A DNA stretch of 64,000 bases from an uncultured Actinomycetota bacterium. GTDB lineage: Bacteria > Actinomycetota > CALGFH01. Positions 51,835 through 59,500 of this stretch are shown here, in pieces. Location of the stretch: positions 65,720-129,719 of the forward strand of contig CAVTCL010000025.1 in assembly GCA_963733175.1 (NCBI GenBank), read 5' to 3'. Under the pieces are notes generated by a model. That model had not been told where the DNA came from. It ran no database searches and saw nothing but the letters and a program-made list of their open reading frames with translations. A program made the position numbers and the translations under genes. The first letter of the stretch is position 1. The number at the start of each line of letters is the position of its first letter.

Positions 51835-51888
51835 TGCGAGCAGCGTGCCAGCAGCCGGCGTTGTCCGGTGTGCCGAGAGGACGCCTAA
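51835..51888 (+). repeat. direct repeat copy B (orphan copy of the zinc-ribbon gene's 3' end)
   Basis: Encodes CEQRASSRRCPVCREDA*, against CEQRARRRDCPVCREDA* in copy A. An in-frame stop lies a few codons upstream. Confidence 0.85.
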
Positions 51889-51920
51889 GTAAGCGACTTG
51901 CGCTCTCCTGCCCTCCTACC

Positions 51921-52060
51921 GCCGCCGGTCTCGCAGCCGGTCTCGCAGGCCGCCTCCCCGGTCGTCGCGCCGGTCGTCGCGTCGGTCCCCGCGGTCGTCG
52001 CGCCGATCTTGCAGCCGGTCTCGCAGGCCGCCTCCCCGGTCCCCGCGGTCGTCACCCCGG
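51921..52060. repeat. composite short tandem/direct repeats (12-nt ccggtctcgcag x2; 31-nt unit repeated 78 nt apart)
   Basis: gcagccggtctcgcaggccgcctccccggtc occurs at 51,933-51,963 and 52,011-52,041, with gtcgtcgcg-type repeats between. Confidence 0.8.
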
Positions 52061-52108
52061 TCCCCGATCACACCAGGTCGTTCAAAGCGCCCGCTTCCAA
52101 GCGGCATC

Positions 52109-52573
52109 TCAGGCTCCTTCCGACTTCGAACGCTCGTCCTCCTCGATCAACGAGATGATCGCCTGCATCGGGATGCGGCCACTCGCTGCAAGCCGGCCGC
52201 CGGCGTGGCGGACCGCCGAGGCGAAGGGGGCAGCCCATGCGTTCTCCCAAGCCAACACAGCTGCGACGCTGCCGGGCTCCATCGCCTCGGCAAGCGCTGC
52301 GATGTCGTCTGCTGCCAACAGCTCTGTGACCTCTGTTTCGAACGCGCGGAGCTCACCGACCTCACTGTCGTCACGATCCGGCACTTCGAACGCTTCAAAG
52401 GAGCCATCGGCGTCCTTCTGAATGAAGAGCAGATCCAGTATGCGGATGAGCCCTCGCTCGACCAGATCGTGCAGCGCGGCAGCCATCTCCCCGTGGAACT
52501 GGCTCTTTCCCTGGGGGAACTCGACCACGAGGTAGTCGACCGGTCCGAACTCATCAACGTCGCCCTCGCTCAC
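52109..52573 (-). CDS. conserved hypothetical protein (resembles actinobacterial DUF6325-type family)
   Basis: GAGGAGGGA then GTG at 52,573. GPVDYLVVEFPQGK...IRILDLLFIQKDADGSFEAFEV...VLAWENAWAAPFASAVRHAGG. The family name is from memory and was not verified. Confidence 0.55.
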   Translation of the reverse strand: MSEGDVDEFGPVDYLVVEFPQGKSQFHGEMAAALHDLVERGLIRILDLLFIQKDADGSFEAFEVPDRDDSEVGELRAFETEVTELLAADDIAALAEAMEPGSVAAVLAWENAWAAPFASAVRHAGGRLAASGRIPMQAIISLIEEDERSKSEGA

Positions 52574-52962
52574 GTGTCCCTCCTCTCGGACTCACTCTCG
52601 AACTGTGCCGCTAGCTGTATCGCTGCCATGCTTGGCAGGCATTACCCCAACGGGATAACCATGCGCCGTAGCGACCCCCCCAACGGTGCTTCCACAGAGC
52701 GCTGTGCACGAGTGTCGTGTTGCTGAGCGGGCAACCAGCTGCTGCGAACCACGCTGGTCCGTGCCACCGACCACGCCCGCCGGTGAGGACTAAGCGGCTG
52801 TGGCGTTGTAGAGATCGGTTCTGGCTTGGGTGGTGGGTGAGGCCGATCGCCGGTGACCGTCGTGTCGTTGCCGGGCCGGAGGGCGGCCGCAGGCCGCCCG
52901 CAGGGCCGGCCTTGAGGGTGTGGAGAAACTCCTCACGGCTGCCGCCCCAGGGAGGAGGGGGT

Positions 52963-52988
52963 CCGGGGGAGGAGGCCTCCTCCCCCGG
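52963..52988. repeat. 26-nt perfect palindrome
   Basis: ccgggggaggaggcctcctcccccgg is self-complementary. It lies in an about 700-bp stretch with no convincing ORF. Confidence 0.85.
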
Positions 52989-53295
52989 CTTGACCAGCCA
53001 TCCGGGTTGCCCGGGCATGGCGGTGTCGGTGGGGCGCGATGCCGCCCCGTCAAGCGGCAATGTCCGGCATCCCGCCACAGCTCAGCCGTCACGCCGCACC
53101 CCATTGGCGCTTGACGGGGTGCCGTCAGGTCAGGCGCCCGCCTCCCGGAACCTAAGAACTTCCTGAGAAGTTCGTCCCATTTGGTGCCCCCTGGTTCCCC
53201 CTCGTGCCTGCTGGTGTCCGTGCGTGCCCCTGAGTCCCAGCGGGGCTGTGGATACGTAACGGTTGAAGGCCGCCTAACCGTGTTTTCCTGGCTGG

Positions 53296-53440
53296 GTGAC
53301 TGCGCTCGACCCCGGAGACATCGACCGCCTGGCGGTCGAGTCCCGCCGCCGCCAAGGCCTCCCCGACTACGTGGAGGACCCGGCCACCATCGCCCGGGTG
53401 GTCCGGCTCATCCTGGCCGGCCGCCCGCCGTCAGGTCCGC
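53296..53440 (+). CDS. hypothetical small protein convergent with, and running into, the recombinase 3' end (3' end unresolved)
   Basis: GTG start. The first about 45 codons (LDPGDIDRLAVESRRRQGLPDYVEDPATIARVVRLILAG) have near-uniform G/C at third positions. Beyond about 53,430 the frame is just antisense to the recombinase. Confidence 0.35.
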
Positions 53441-54828
53441 CAGATGACCTCGATACGGGAGGGGTCGAAGACGTTGCGGCCCTGGAGGCAGGGGTGCAGG
53501 ACCACCCTTTCGACCACCGCCGCCAGGACCGCGCGGCGCCAGCTCAGCCCCCCAGTGGCCCAGGCCTCGCGCAGCGCCCGCTCCCCCACCGGCAGGGCCG
53601 CCAGTGTCCGCGTAGCTGCCTGGCCCGCCAGGCGCCGCCGGGTCGTGTCCATGCGCGCCTCGACCCGCGCCCTGGCCCGGGCGAAGTCGGCCCGGCGCAG
53701 GGTGCCGTCGGCGAAGGCGTCGACCAGCTCGTCCAGGCGGTCCTGGTCGACCTGCAGGGCGTGCAGCAGTTCCCGCTCGGCCTGGTCCTCCCCGGTCGCC
53801 GCCGCCAGCGCCGCCGTGAGGGCTGGCCCGCTGAGCTGGCGGACCACCCACTCAGAGACGAGCTGCTCGACCGGCTCAGCGAGGCGGCCAGTCTTGCCGC
53901 AGCCGCCGAAGTTCGGGCCCGACGCGCACACGTACCGGCGGCGCCGGTCCTGGCGGGGCCGGGCGACCAGCTTGCGGCCGCAGCGGCCGCAGACCAGGAA
54001 GCCGCTGAGCAGGTAGCGGCGGGCGTCGATGCCGTTGAACTTCTGGCGGCCGGGGTCGGTGAGGATGGCCCGCAGCCGCTCGTGGGTATTGCGGTCGATG
54101 ATGCCCGGCCACACCGCCTCGGCAGTCACCACGCCGTGGTGCTCGCGCAGCCCGGCGATGCGGGCCGACAGCAGCATCCGCCGGAGGGTCTGGGTGCGCC
54201 ACTGGCCCCCGGTCGGTGTGGCGGCCTGGCGGGTGTTCCAGTCGGCGGCGATGCTTCGCAGCGACTCGCCGGCCAGGACCCGAGCAACGGCCTCGCGGAC
54301 CAGCTCGGCCTCGGCGTCGACCAGGTGCAGGCGGTCGGCGGTGTAGCCGAACGGGCGGGTGCCGCCGCCGGCGACGCGGCCCTGCTCGGCGGCCTGGAGG
54401 GCGGCGCGCTGGATGCGCCGGCGCCGGTCGTCGTTCTCCTTCTTGGCCACCGCGCCGAGGATGCGGGCGTGGAAGCGGCCGTCGTTGGTGCCCAGGTCGA
54501 CGTCGCCGGCCACGCTGGCCAGCCGGGTCACGCCGGCCCGGTCGCAGACCTCGAAGAAGCGTTCCAGCTCAGCAGGGCGGCGATGCAGCCGGTCCAGCGC
54601 CCACACGATCACCGCATCCACCAGGCCGGCCTCGATGTCGGCGAGGAGCCGCTGGTAGGCGGGGCGGGGCCGGCCGGAGTCGGCGGACACGTCGTTGTCG
54701 CAGTAGACCTGGGCGACGGTCCAGCCGCGGCGCTCGGCCAGCTCGCGGCAGTCCCGCTCCTGACGCTCGACACCGGCCCGCAGCCCGGAGGGGTCCGAGC
54801 TGATCCTCACGTAGACGGCCGCGGGCAT
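53431..54828 (-). CDS. large serine recombinase (integrase)
   Basis: 465 aa with N-terminal resolvase catalytic domain (AVYVRISSD...GVERQ), recombinase domain and a zinc-ribbon region (CGRCGRKL...YVCASGPNFGGCG) followed by a coiled-coil-like tail. Confidence 0.9.
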   Translation of the reverse strand: MPAAVYVRISSDPSGLRAGVERQERDCRELAERRGWTVAQVYCDNDVSADSGRPRPAYQRLLADIEAGLVDAVIVWALDRLHRRPAELERFFEVCDRAGVTRLASVAGDVDLGTNDGRFHARILGAVAKKENDDRRRRIQRAALQAAEQGRVAGGGTRPFGYTADRLHLVDAEAELVREAVARVLAGESLRSIAADWNTRQAATPTGGQWRTQTLRRMLLSARIAGLREHHGVVTAEAVWPGIIDRNTHERLRAILTDPGRQKFNGIDARRYLLSGFLVCGRCGRKLVARPRQDRRRRYVCASGPNFGGCGKTGRLAEPVEQLVSEWVVRQLSGPALTAALAAATGEDQAERELLHALQVDQDRLDELVDAFADGTLRRADFARARARVEARMDTTRRRLAGQAATRTLAALPVGERALREAWATGGLSWRRAVLAAVVERVVLHPCLQGRNVFDPSRIEVIWRT

Positions 54829-54835
54829 GGTGGAC

Positions 54836-54886
54836 CCGGATGTTACAGTAGATCCCTGCCATGGGCGAGGGAGACCTCGCCGGGTC
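54836..54886. other. right attachment junction (attR-like)
   Basis: TGTTAcagtagatccctgcca-TG-ggcgagggagacc, with host comM sequence to the right of the TG at 54,862-54,863. Confidence 0.6.
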
Positions 54887-55745
54887 GGGGGACCTGGCCG
54901 CCGCCGACGAGGCCGGGGACCGAGATGGCGTGGTGGGGGGCGCGGAACGGCCGGATGCGGATGAGGCCGGCGTCCGGGCCGAGGAGCCCGGCGGCCGAGA
55001 ACACCTGGGTGACCTCGAGCGCCTCGTCCTGCTCGAGCGGCGGGAGCAGGCCGGGGAGGCGCCTGGCCAGCATCGTCTTGCCGGCGCCGGGCGGGCCGGT
55101 GAGGAGCAGGTTGTGGGCGCCGGCGGCGGCGATCTCCAGGGCCCGGCGGGCCTGGTGCTGGCCCCGGATGTCGGCGAGGTCCTCGACCGCCGGCACCTGG
55201 GGTTCGGGCGGCGGCCCGGGACGGCCCAGATCGGCCCGGCCGACCAGCCACTCGCCGACCTGCTCCAGCGAGGCGGCTCCGGCGACCGGCAGGTCGGGGA
55301 CGAGGGCGGCCTCGACCAGGTTGGCCTGGGGTACGACCAGGAGCCGGGCGCTCGACCGGCGGGCCGCCAGGGCGGCCGGGAGCACGCCCTTGACCGCGCG
55401 GACGTCGCCGCCGAGGCCGAGCTCGCCGATGGCCCACAGACCCTCGAGGGCCGTCGGCGGCACCCACCCGGCCGCGGCCAGCAGCCCGATCGCGATCGGC
55501 AGGTCGAACCCGGAGCCCTGCTTGGGCAGGTCGGCCGGGGGCAGGGAGACGGTGATGCGCCGGTCCGGCCACTCGTAGCCGGTGTTGCCGAACGCGGCCC
55601 GGAGCCGGTCGCGCGCCTCCAGCACGGCGGTGCCGCCGAGCCCGACCACGGTCACGGCGGGCAGGCCGCGGCCGATGTCGACCTCGACCCCGACCGGGTA
55701 TGCGGTGAGGCCGACCAGCGCGGCCGTGGCCAGCCGGGCCAGCAT
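54843..55745 (-). pseudogene. comM: comM/yifB, 5' fragment right of the insertion
   Basis: MLARLATAALVGLTAYPVGVEVD...LLLTGPPGAGKTMLARRL...RPFRAPHHAIS...GEVSLAH, then 5 foreign codons (GRDLL) and a stop at 54,843. Confidence 0.9.
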
Positions 55746-55747
55746 CC

Positions 55748-56120
55748 TCACAGCACTCCCTTGAGGTGCTCGACCCGCGGCTGGCCCTGGCGGGGCCAGA
55801 CGACGGTCACGACGTCGAAGCGGACCCGCGAGGGCCGATGCGGGGTGGCTGCGCAGGTAGGCCCCGGCGAGCCGGCGGAGCTGGGCCTGCTTGGCGGCGT
55901 CGACGGCGGCCGCCGGGGTGCCGTAGCCGACGCCTCGCCTGGTCTTGACCTCGCAGAACACCAGCAGGCCGGGCGCCTCGGCGACCACGTCGATCTCACC
56001 CGACCGGCAGCGCCAGTTGCGGGCCACGATGCGGAGCCCGGCGGCGGTCAGCCGGGCGCAGGCGAGCGCTTCACCGCGCCGCCCCAGTTCGCCGCGATCG
56101 GCGGGATGCTTGGCAGGCAT
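55748..56120 (-). CDS. yraN: YraN family (UPF0102) endonuclease-like protein, frameshift near 55,850
   Basis: GRRGEALACARLTAAGLRIVARNWRCRSGEIDVVA...LVFCEVKTRRG. The C-terminus RFDVVTVVW...EHLKGVL is in ORF 55,748-55,999. Confidence 0.82.
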
Positions 56121-56265
56121 GGGCCGCACCCTAGCCGCCGCCAGCCCCGAATTGGACGACGCTCCCAAGAATGTGGAAAACCCCGCGGGAGCGCGGCGCG
56201 CGTCCGGGCGGCGACCCGCCGGCGGGGGCCTTGAATCCCGGGGCGGGAGCGGCCACCCTAGGCCT

Positions 56266-56700
56266 GTGGAGAACACGGGAGCACTGTCGGCCCGCCGGGA
56301 TATGTTCCTCGACGAGCGCGGGGCTGGGTTGCGCGTCACCTGGCACCCGGAGCGGGACCTGGTGGTGCTGAGCGTCTGGCACGACGAGAGCTGCGTCGGG
56401 ACCTTCCGGATGCCGGTCCAGGACGTGCCCCGACTCAGCGGCCTGCTGGCGGCCGCCCTCGGCGACTGGGTCGACCAGTCCGGGGGTGCCGTCCCGCTCA
56501 GCTTGGGCGGGCCCGGCGGCCGGAACCGGGGCGGGCCCACGGGCGGGGCCGGGCGGCCCAGGGGCCGGGGCCGGTCCGGTGGCTGGGGCCGGTGGGGTCA
56601 GCCTTTCGGTGCAGCAGCGGCTCAGGCTCAGCCGGCCGGTGCTCAGATTGCGGGGACTTCAGCACCGGCGGCGTCGGCCTACCTGAGCGCGACCCCGCGC
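56266..56700 (+). CDS. hypothetical protein (3' end unresolved; Gly/Arg-rich tail)
   Basis: MFLDERGAGLRVTWHPERDLVVLSVWHDESCVGTFRMPVQDVPRLSGLLAAAL looks protein-like. The frame then runs on as antisense to the LCP gene, so the stop is unclear. Confidence 0.4.
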
Positions 56701-56751
56701 CTACCGCATCGCCCGCGCGACCGGCCCCGCTCGACCCCGCTCCCCAGCTCG

Positions 56752-58242
56752 TCAGCAGGGGCGGGGGTCGTAGGGGCGGAGGTCGGGAACGGCCTTCTTC
56801 GCGCTGGGCTTCTTGGTGGTCGGGCCCGACCCACCGTCTCCATCCGAGGCGCCGCTGTCCCCGGCCGTTGTGCCTGGCCCGCTGGGGGCCGAACCTGGCG
56901 AGGCCAGGGGGCGGATGCCGGTGAAGCCGGGGCCGAGGACGAGGGTGAGGTTGGAGGCGCTGAGGGTGGGGTCTTCGACGAGGCGGGCGCCGCCGATGAG
57001 GGTGCCGGCGAGGGTCTGGGCGTCGGCGAGGCGGCCGGGGGGGTAGGCGATCTGGGACCTGGGGAGGTCGGCGGTGGGGGCGTTGCCGACGGTGGCGATG
57101 CGGTAGCCGGAGCCTCGGAGCTTGGTGGCGGTGGTGGCGGCCAGGCCGGTGGTGCCGAGGGCGTTGAGGATGGTGACCTGGGTGTTGGCGGGGGCGGTGG
57201 CGCCGGGGGTGGCGCCGGGGGCCGGGGCGGGGGCGCGGCCGAGGAAGCGGTCGACCACGGCGGTGGCGTCGGGCTGCTTGAGCAGGAGGACGTCGCCGAG
57301 GGGATGGTCGGTGGGGACGGTCACCGGCAGGGTGTAGGTGGCCAGCTTGGAGGGGCTGAAGGAGCGGAAGGCGGTACCGGTGCGGATGACGTCGCTCACC
57401 CGCAGGCCGCTGTCCTTGGTGACCTCGTGGACCAGGGAGCCGACGAAGGCGTTGGCCCGCACCGGGTTGGTCAGGCCCTTGTCGAGGGCGGCCTTGACCA
57501 GCGCCTGGAGGAACGCCTGCTGGCGGCGGATGCGGCCCAGGTCGGCCCACGGGTCGCTGTGCCACACCCCGTCGAGCTGGTAGGCGAAGTAGCGGCTGCG
57601 GGCCAGGGCCAGCGCCCGGCCGCCGTTGAGGTGGCGGCAGCCGGCCTCGCGGATGTCGAGGCCGGACTTGAGGTCCCGCGACGGGTAGGGGAAGCGGACG
57701 TCGATGCCGCCGAGGGCGTCGACGATGGCCCGGAAGCCGTCGAAGTCGATCAGCACGTAGTGGTGGATGGGCACGCCGAAGTTCTGCTCGATGGTCTTGA
57801 CCAGCTGGCCCGGGCCCCCGGTGAAGGCGGCGTTGATGCGGTTCTCGCCGCCGCCGGCGATGGGGACGACCAGGTCCCGGGGGATGGAGAGCATCGAGAC
57901 GCGCTTGCGGGCCGGCTCCACCCTGACCACCAGGGTGGTGTCGTTGCGCTGGCCGCCGACGTTGCCGTAGCGGCTCCCGTCGGCGTCGTCCAGGCCCTCG
58001 CGGGAGTCGGAGCCGACCACCAGCAGGTTGAACGGGCGCCCGCTGCTCGACTTGTGCAGCCCGGGGACATCGACCGAGCTGATCTGGCCGAAGCGGTAGT
58101 GCACGTAGCCGTACCCGGCCGTGGTCGCCACGACCAGGAACACCAGGAGCAGGCTGCACCCCACCATGAGCCGCCTGCGCATCCGACTTGCCCGGGCGCG
58201 GGCTGCCCGAGAGGTCCGTACCATAGGCGAGCACGCTACCAC
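56752..58242 (-). CDS. LCP (LytR-CpsA-Psr) family cell-envelope phosphotransferase with LytR_C domain
   Basis: N-terminal TM helix, then NLLVVGSDSR...RNDTTLVVRV...SIPRDL...INAAF...GGRALALARSR. The C-terminus has VTILNALGTTGLA. Confidence 0.88.
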   Translation of the reverse strand: MVACSPMVRTSRAARARASRMRRRLMVGCSLLLVFLVVATTAGYGYVHYRFGQISSVDVPGLHKSSSGRPFNLLVVGSDSREGLDDADGSRYGNVGGQRNDTTLVVRVEPARKRVSMLSIPRDLVVPIAGGGENRINAAFTGGPGQLVKTIEQNFGVPIHHYVLIDFDGFRAIVDALGGIDVRFPYPSRDLKSGLDIREAGCRHLNGGRALALARSRYFAYQLDGVWHSDPWADLGRIRRQQAFLQALVKAALDKGLTNPVRANAFVGSLVHEVTKDSGLRVSDVIRTGTAFRSFSPSKLATYTLPVTVPTDHPLGDVLLLKQPDATAVVDRFLGRAPAPAPGATPGATAPANTQVTILNALGTTGLAATTATKLRGSGYRIATVGNAPTADLPRSQIAYPPGRLADAQTLAGTLIGGARLVEDPTLSASNLTLVLGPGFTGIRPLASPGSAPSGPGTTAGDSGASDGDGGSGPTTKKPSAKKAVPDLRPYDPRPC

Positions 58243-58253
58243 GTGCTCAGCGG

Positions 58254-58376
58254 CTAGCTGCCGCCAGCGGCAAACACCCAGGCCAGCAGGCCCAGGACGA
58301 TCAGGATGGCGGCGACCAGCAGGGCGATGTCGACCGTCTTCTTGTCCCGGTATCGCCGGGTCGCGTTGAACCCCAT
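58254..58376 (-). CDS. possible 40-aa membrane peptide
   Basis: ATG...TAG ORF found by eye and not in the supplied track: MGFNATRRYRDKKTVDIALLVAAILIVLGLLAWVFAAGGS. High third-position GC. Confidence 0.3.
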   Translation of the reverse strand: MGFNATRRYRDKKTVDIALLVAAILIVLGLLAWVFAAGGS

Positions 58377-58449
58377 GGATGCCTCGTTCAGCCGGGTCGT
58401 CCCGTCCAGCCGGGGGCTACCGCTCCGCTCCTTGAGCCCCCGGACCCCG

Positions 58450-58746
58450 TCACAGCTCTTCCTTGCGGATGAGCTCCTCGATGTTCACGTCCTTGAAGGT
58501 GACCACCCGGACCCTGGTGACGAAGCGGGCCGGCCGGTACATGTCCCACACCCAGGCATCGTGCAGGGTGATGTCGAAGTAGGTGTCGCCGTCCTGGTTG
58601 CGCATCTGGAGGTCGAACTTGTTGGCCAGGTAGAAGCGCCGCTCGGTCTCGATGACGTACTGGAACATCCCCAGCACGTCCCGGTACTCCTGGTAGAGCT
58701 GCAGCTCCATGTCGGCCTCGTAGCGCTCGAGATCCTCGGCGCTCAC
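58450..58746 (-). CDS. DUF2469 family protein
   Basis: MSAEDLERYEADMELQLYQEYRDVLG...ETERRFYLAN...DAWVWDMYRPARFV...VVTFKDVNIEE matches the conserved actinobacterial protein upstream of rnhB. Confidence 0.88.
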   Translation of the reverse strand: MSAEDLERYEADMELQLYQEYRDVLGMFQYVIETERRFYLANKFDLQMRNQDGDTYFDITLHDAWVWDMYRPARFVTRVRVVTFKDVNIEELIRKEEL

Positions 58747-59474
58747 TGGCGCTCCTCCTCGTCACGAGCGGTCTCGTGTGCGCCCGCCGTGATCATCGGA
58801 CACTCCCCCTCTTCCTGGTCGTTCAGTACCGCCTGGTCGTTCAGTGCCGCCGGGTGACCGGTTGCCCACGGCGCGGCCACGCCCGTGAAGGAGTGGCGAT
58901 GGTAGGCCGAGGGGCCGAGTCGGCGCAGGGCGGCCCAGTGCTCGTCGGTGCCGTAGCCCTTGTGCCGCTGGAACCCGTAGCCGCGGTAGCGGCGGGCCGC
59001 CCCGGTCATGATCTTGTCCCTGGTCACCTTGGCGATGATGCTGGCCGCGGCCACGCAGGTGGCCACCTGGTCGCCCTTCTTGACCCCGAGGACAGGCGCC
59101 GGCATGCGGGGCAGGGGGAAGCCGTCGGCCAGGGCGTAGTCGTAGCCGCCCTCCAGCTCGCGCAGGGCCCTGGCCAGCAGGGCGATGTTGGCCCGCTGGA
59201 GCCCGACCCGGTCGATCGTGTCGGGCCCGATGCGGACCACGGCGACGGCCAGGGCGTGGTCGTGGATCTGGGCGGCCAGGCTGCGGCGGCGCTGGGGGGT
59301 GAGCAGCTTGGAGTCGGCCAGCCCCTGGATGGGACAGTCCCTGGGCAGGATCACGGCGGCGGCGACCAGCGGCCCGGCGAGGGCGCCGCGGCCCGCCTCG
59401 TCGACGCCCGCGACCCGGCCGAAGCCGGCGTCGCGGAGCCGGTCCTCGAACAGTGCGGTGGCGGTGGCGAACAT
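58743..59474 (-). CDS. rnhB: ribonuclease HII
   Basis: GVDEAGRGALAGPLVAAA...DSKLL...ASIIAKVTRD. Confidence 0.93.
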   Translation of the reverse strand: MFATATALFEDRLRDAGFGRVAGVDEAGRGALAGPLVAAAVILPRDCPIQGLADSKLLTPQRRRSLAAQIHDHALAVAVVRIGPDTIDRVGLQRANIALLARALRELEGGYDYALADGFPLPRMPAPVLGVKKGDQVATCVAAASIIAKVTRDKIMTGAARRYRGYGFQRHKGYGTDEHWAALRRLGPSAYHRHSFTGVAAPWATGHPAALNDQAVLNDQEEGECPMITAGAHETARDEEERQ

Positions 59475-59500
59475 CGGCAGGAGTCTAACGGCGGGCGGCG

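Larger units (their letters stand above)
44497..54861. mobile_element. about 10.37-kb integrative (mobilizable/conjugative-type) element inserted in comM, with a large serine recombinase
   Basis: Bounded by the two comM halves, and removing it restores SLAHRGVLFLDE in frame. The junctions share only TG. Carries the recombinase, a Replic_Relax-like gene, a coupling-protein-like ATPase and ssb. Confidence 0.85.

Noticed and set aside
51916-52107. Confident annotation of the 63-aa Arg/Asp-rich minus-strand ORF as a gene.
   Set aside because: It is exactly antisense to a Pro/Val-rich plus-strand frame with higher third-position GC, and both derive from the same short repeats. The coding strand cannot be decided from sequence alone, so it is reported only as a repeat and a finding.
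52611-53355. ORFs 52,611-53,078(-), 52,717-53,166(+), 52,790-53,104(-), 53,152-53,355(-) and 53,181-53,447(+) as island genes.
   Set aside because: The translations are Trp/Arg/Pro/Gly-rich with no motifs, the frames overlap one another, and there are no ribosome-binding sites. The region is treated as non-coding or decayed pending a frameshift-tolerant search.
44497-54861. Interpreting the comM insertion as a prophage.
   Set aside because: No terminase, portal, capsid, tail or lysis genes are recognisable in its 10.4 kb. The content (Replic_Relax-like gene, coupling-ATPase-like gene, ssb) fits an integrative mobilisable or conjugative element better. A phage satellite cannot be fully excluded.
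44470-54886. A tRNA gene or long direct repeats as the integration target or ends of the island.
   Set aside because: No tRNA-like cloverleaf lies at either boundary, the target is inside the comM coding sequence, and the junctions share only 2 bp.
55945-58257. 770-aa plus-strand ORF and 578-aa minus-strand ORF (56,498-58,234) over the LCP gene.
   Set aside because: They are antisense or off-frame to a well-supported LCP protein (56,752-58,242). Only the first about 100 codons of the plus ORF (56,266 onward) look like a real small gene.
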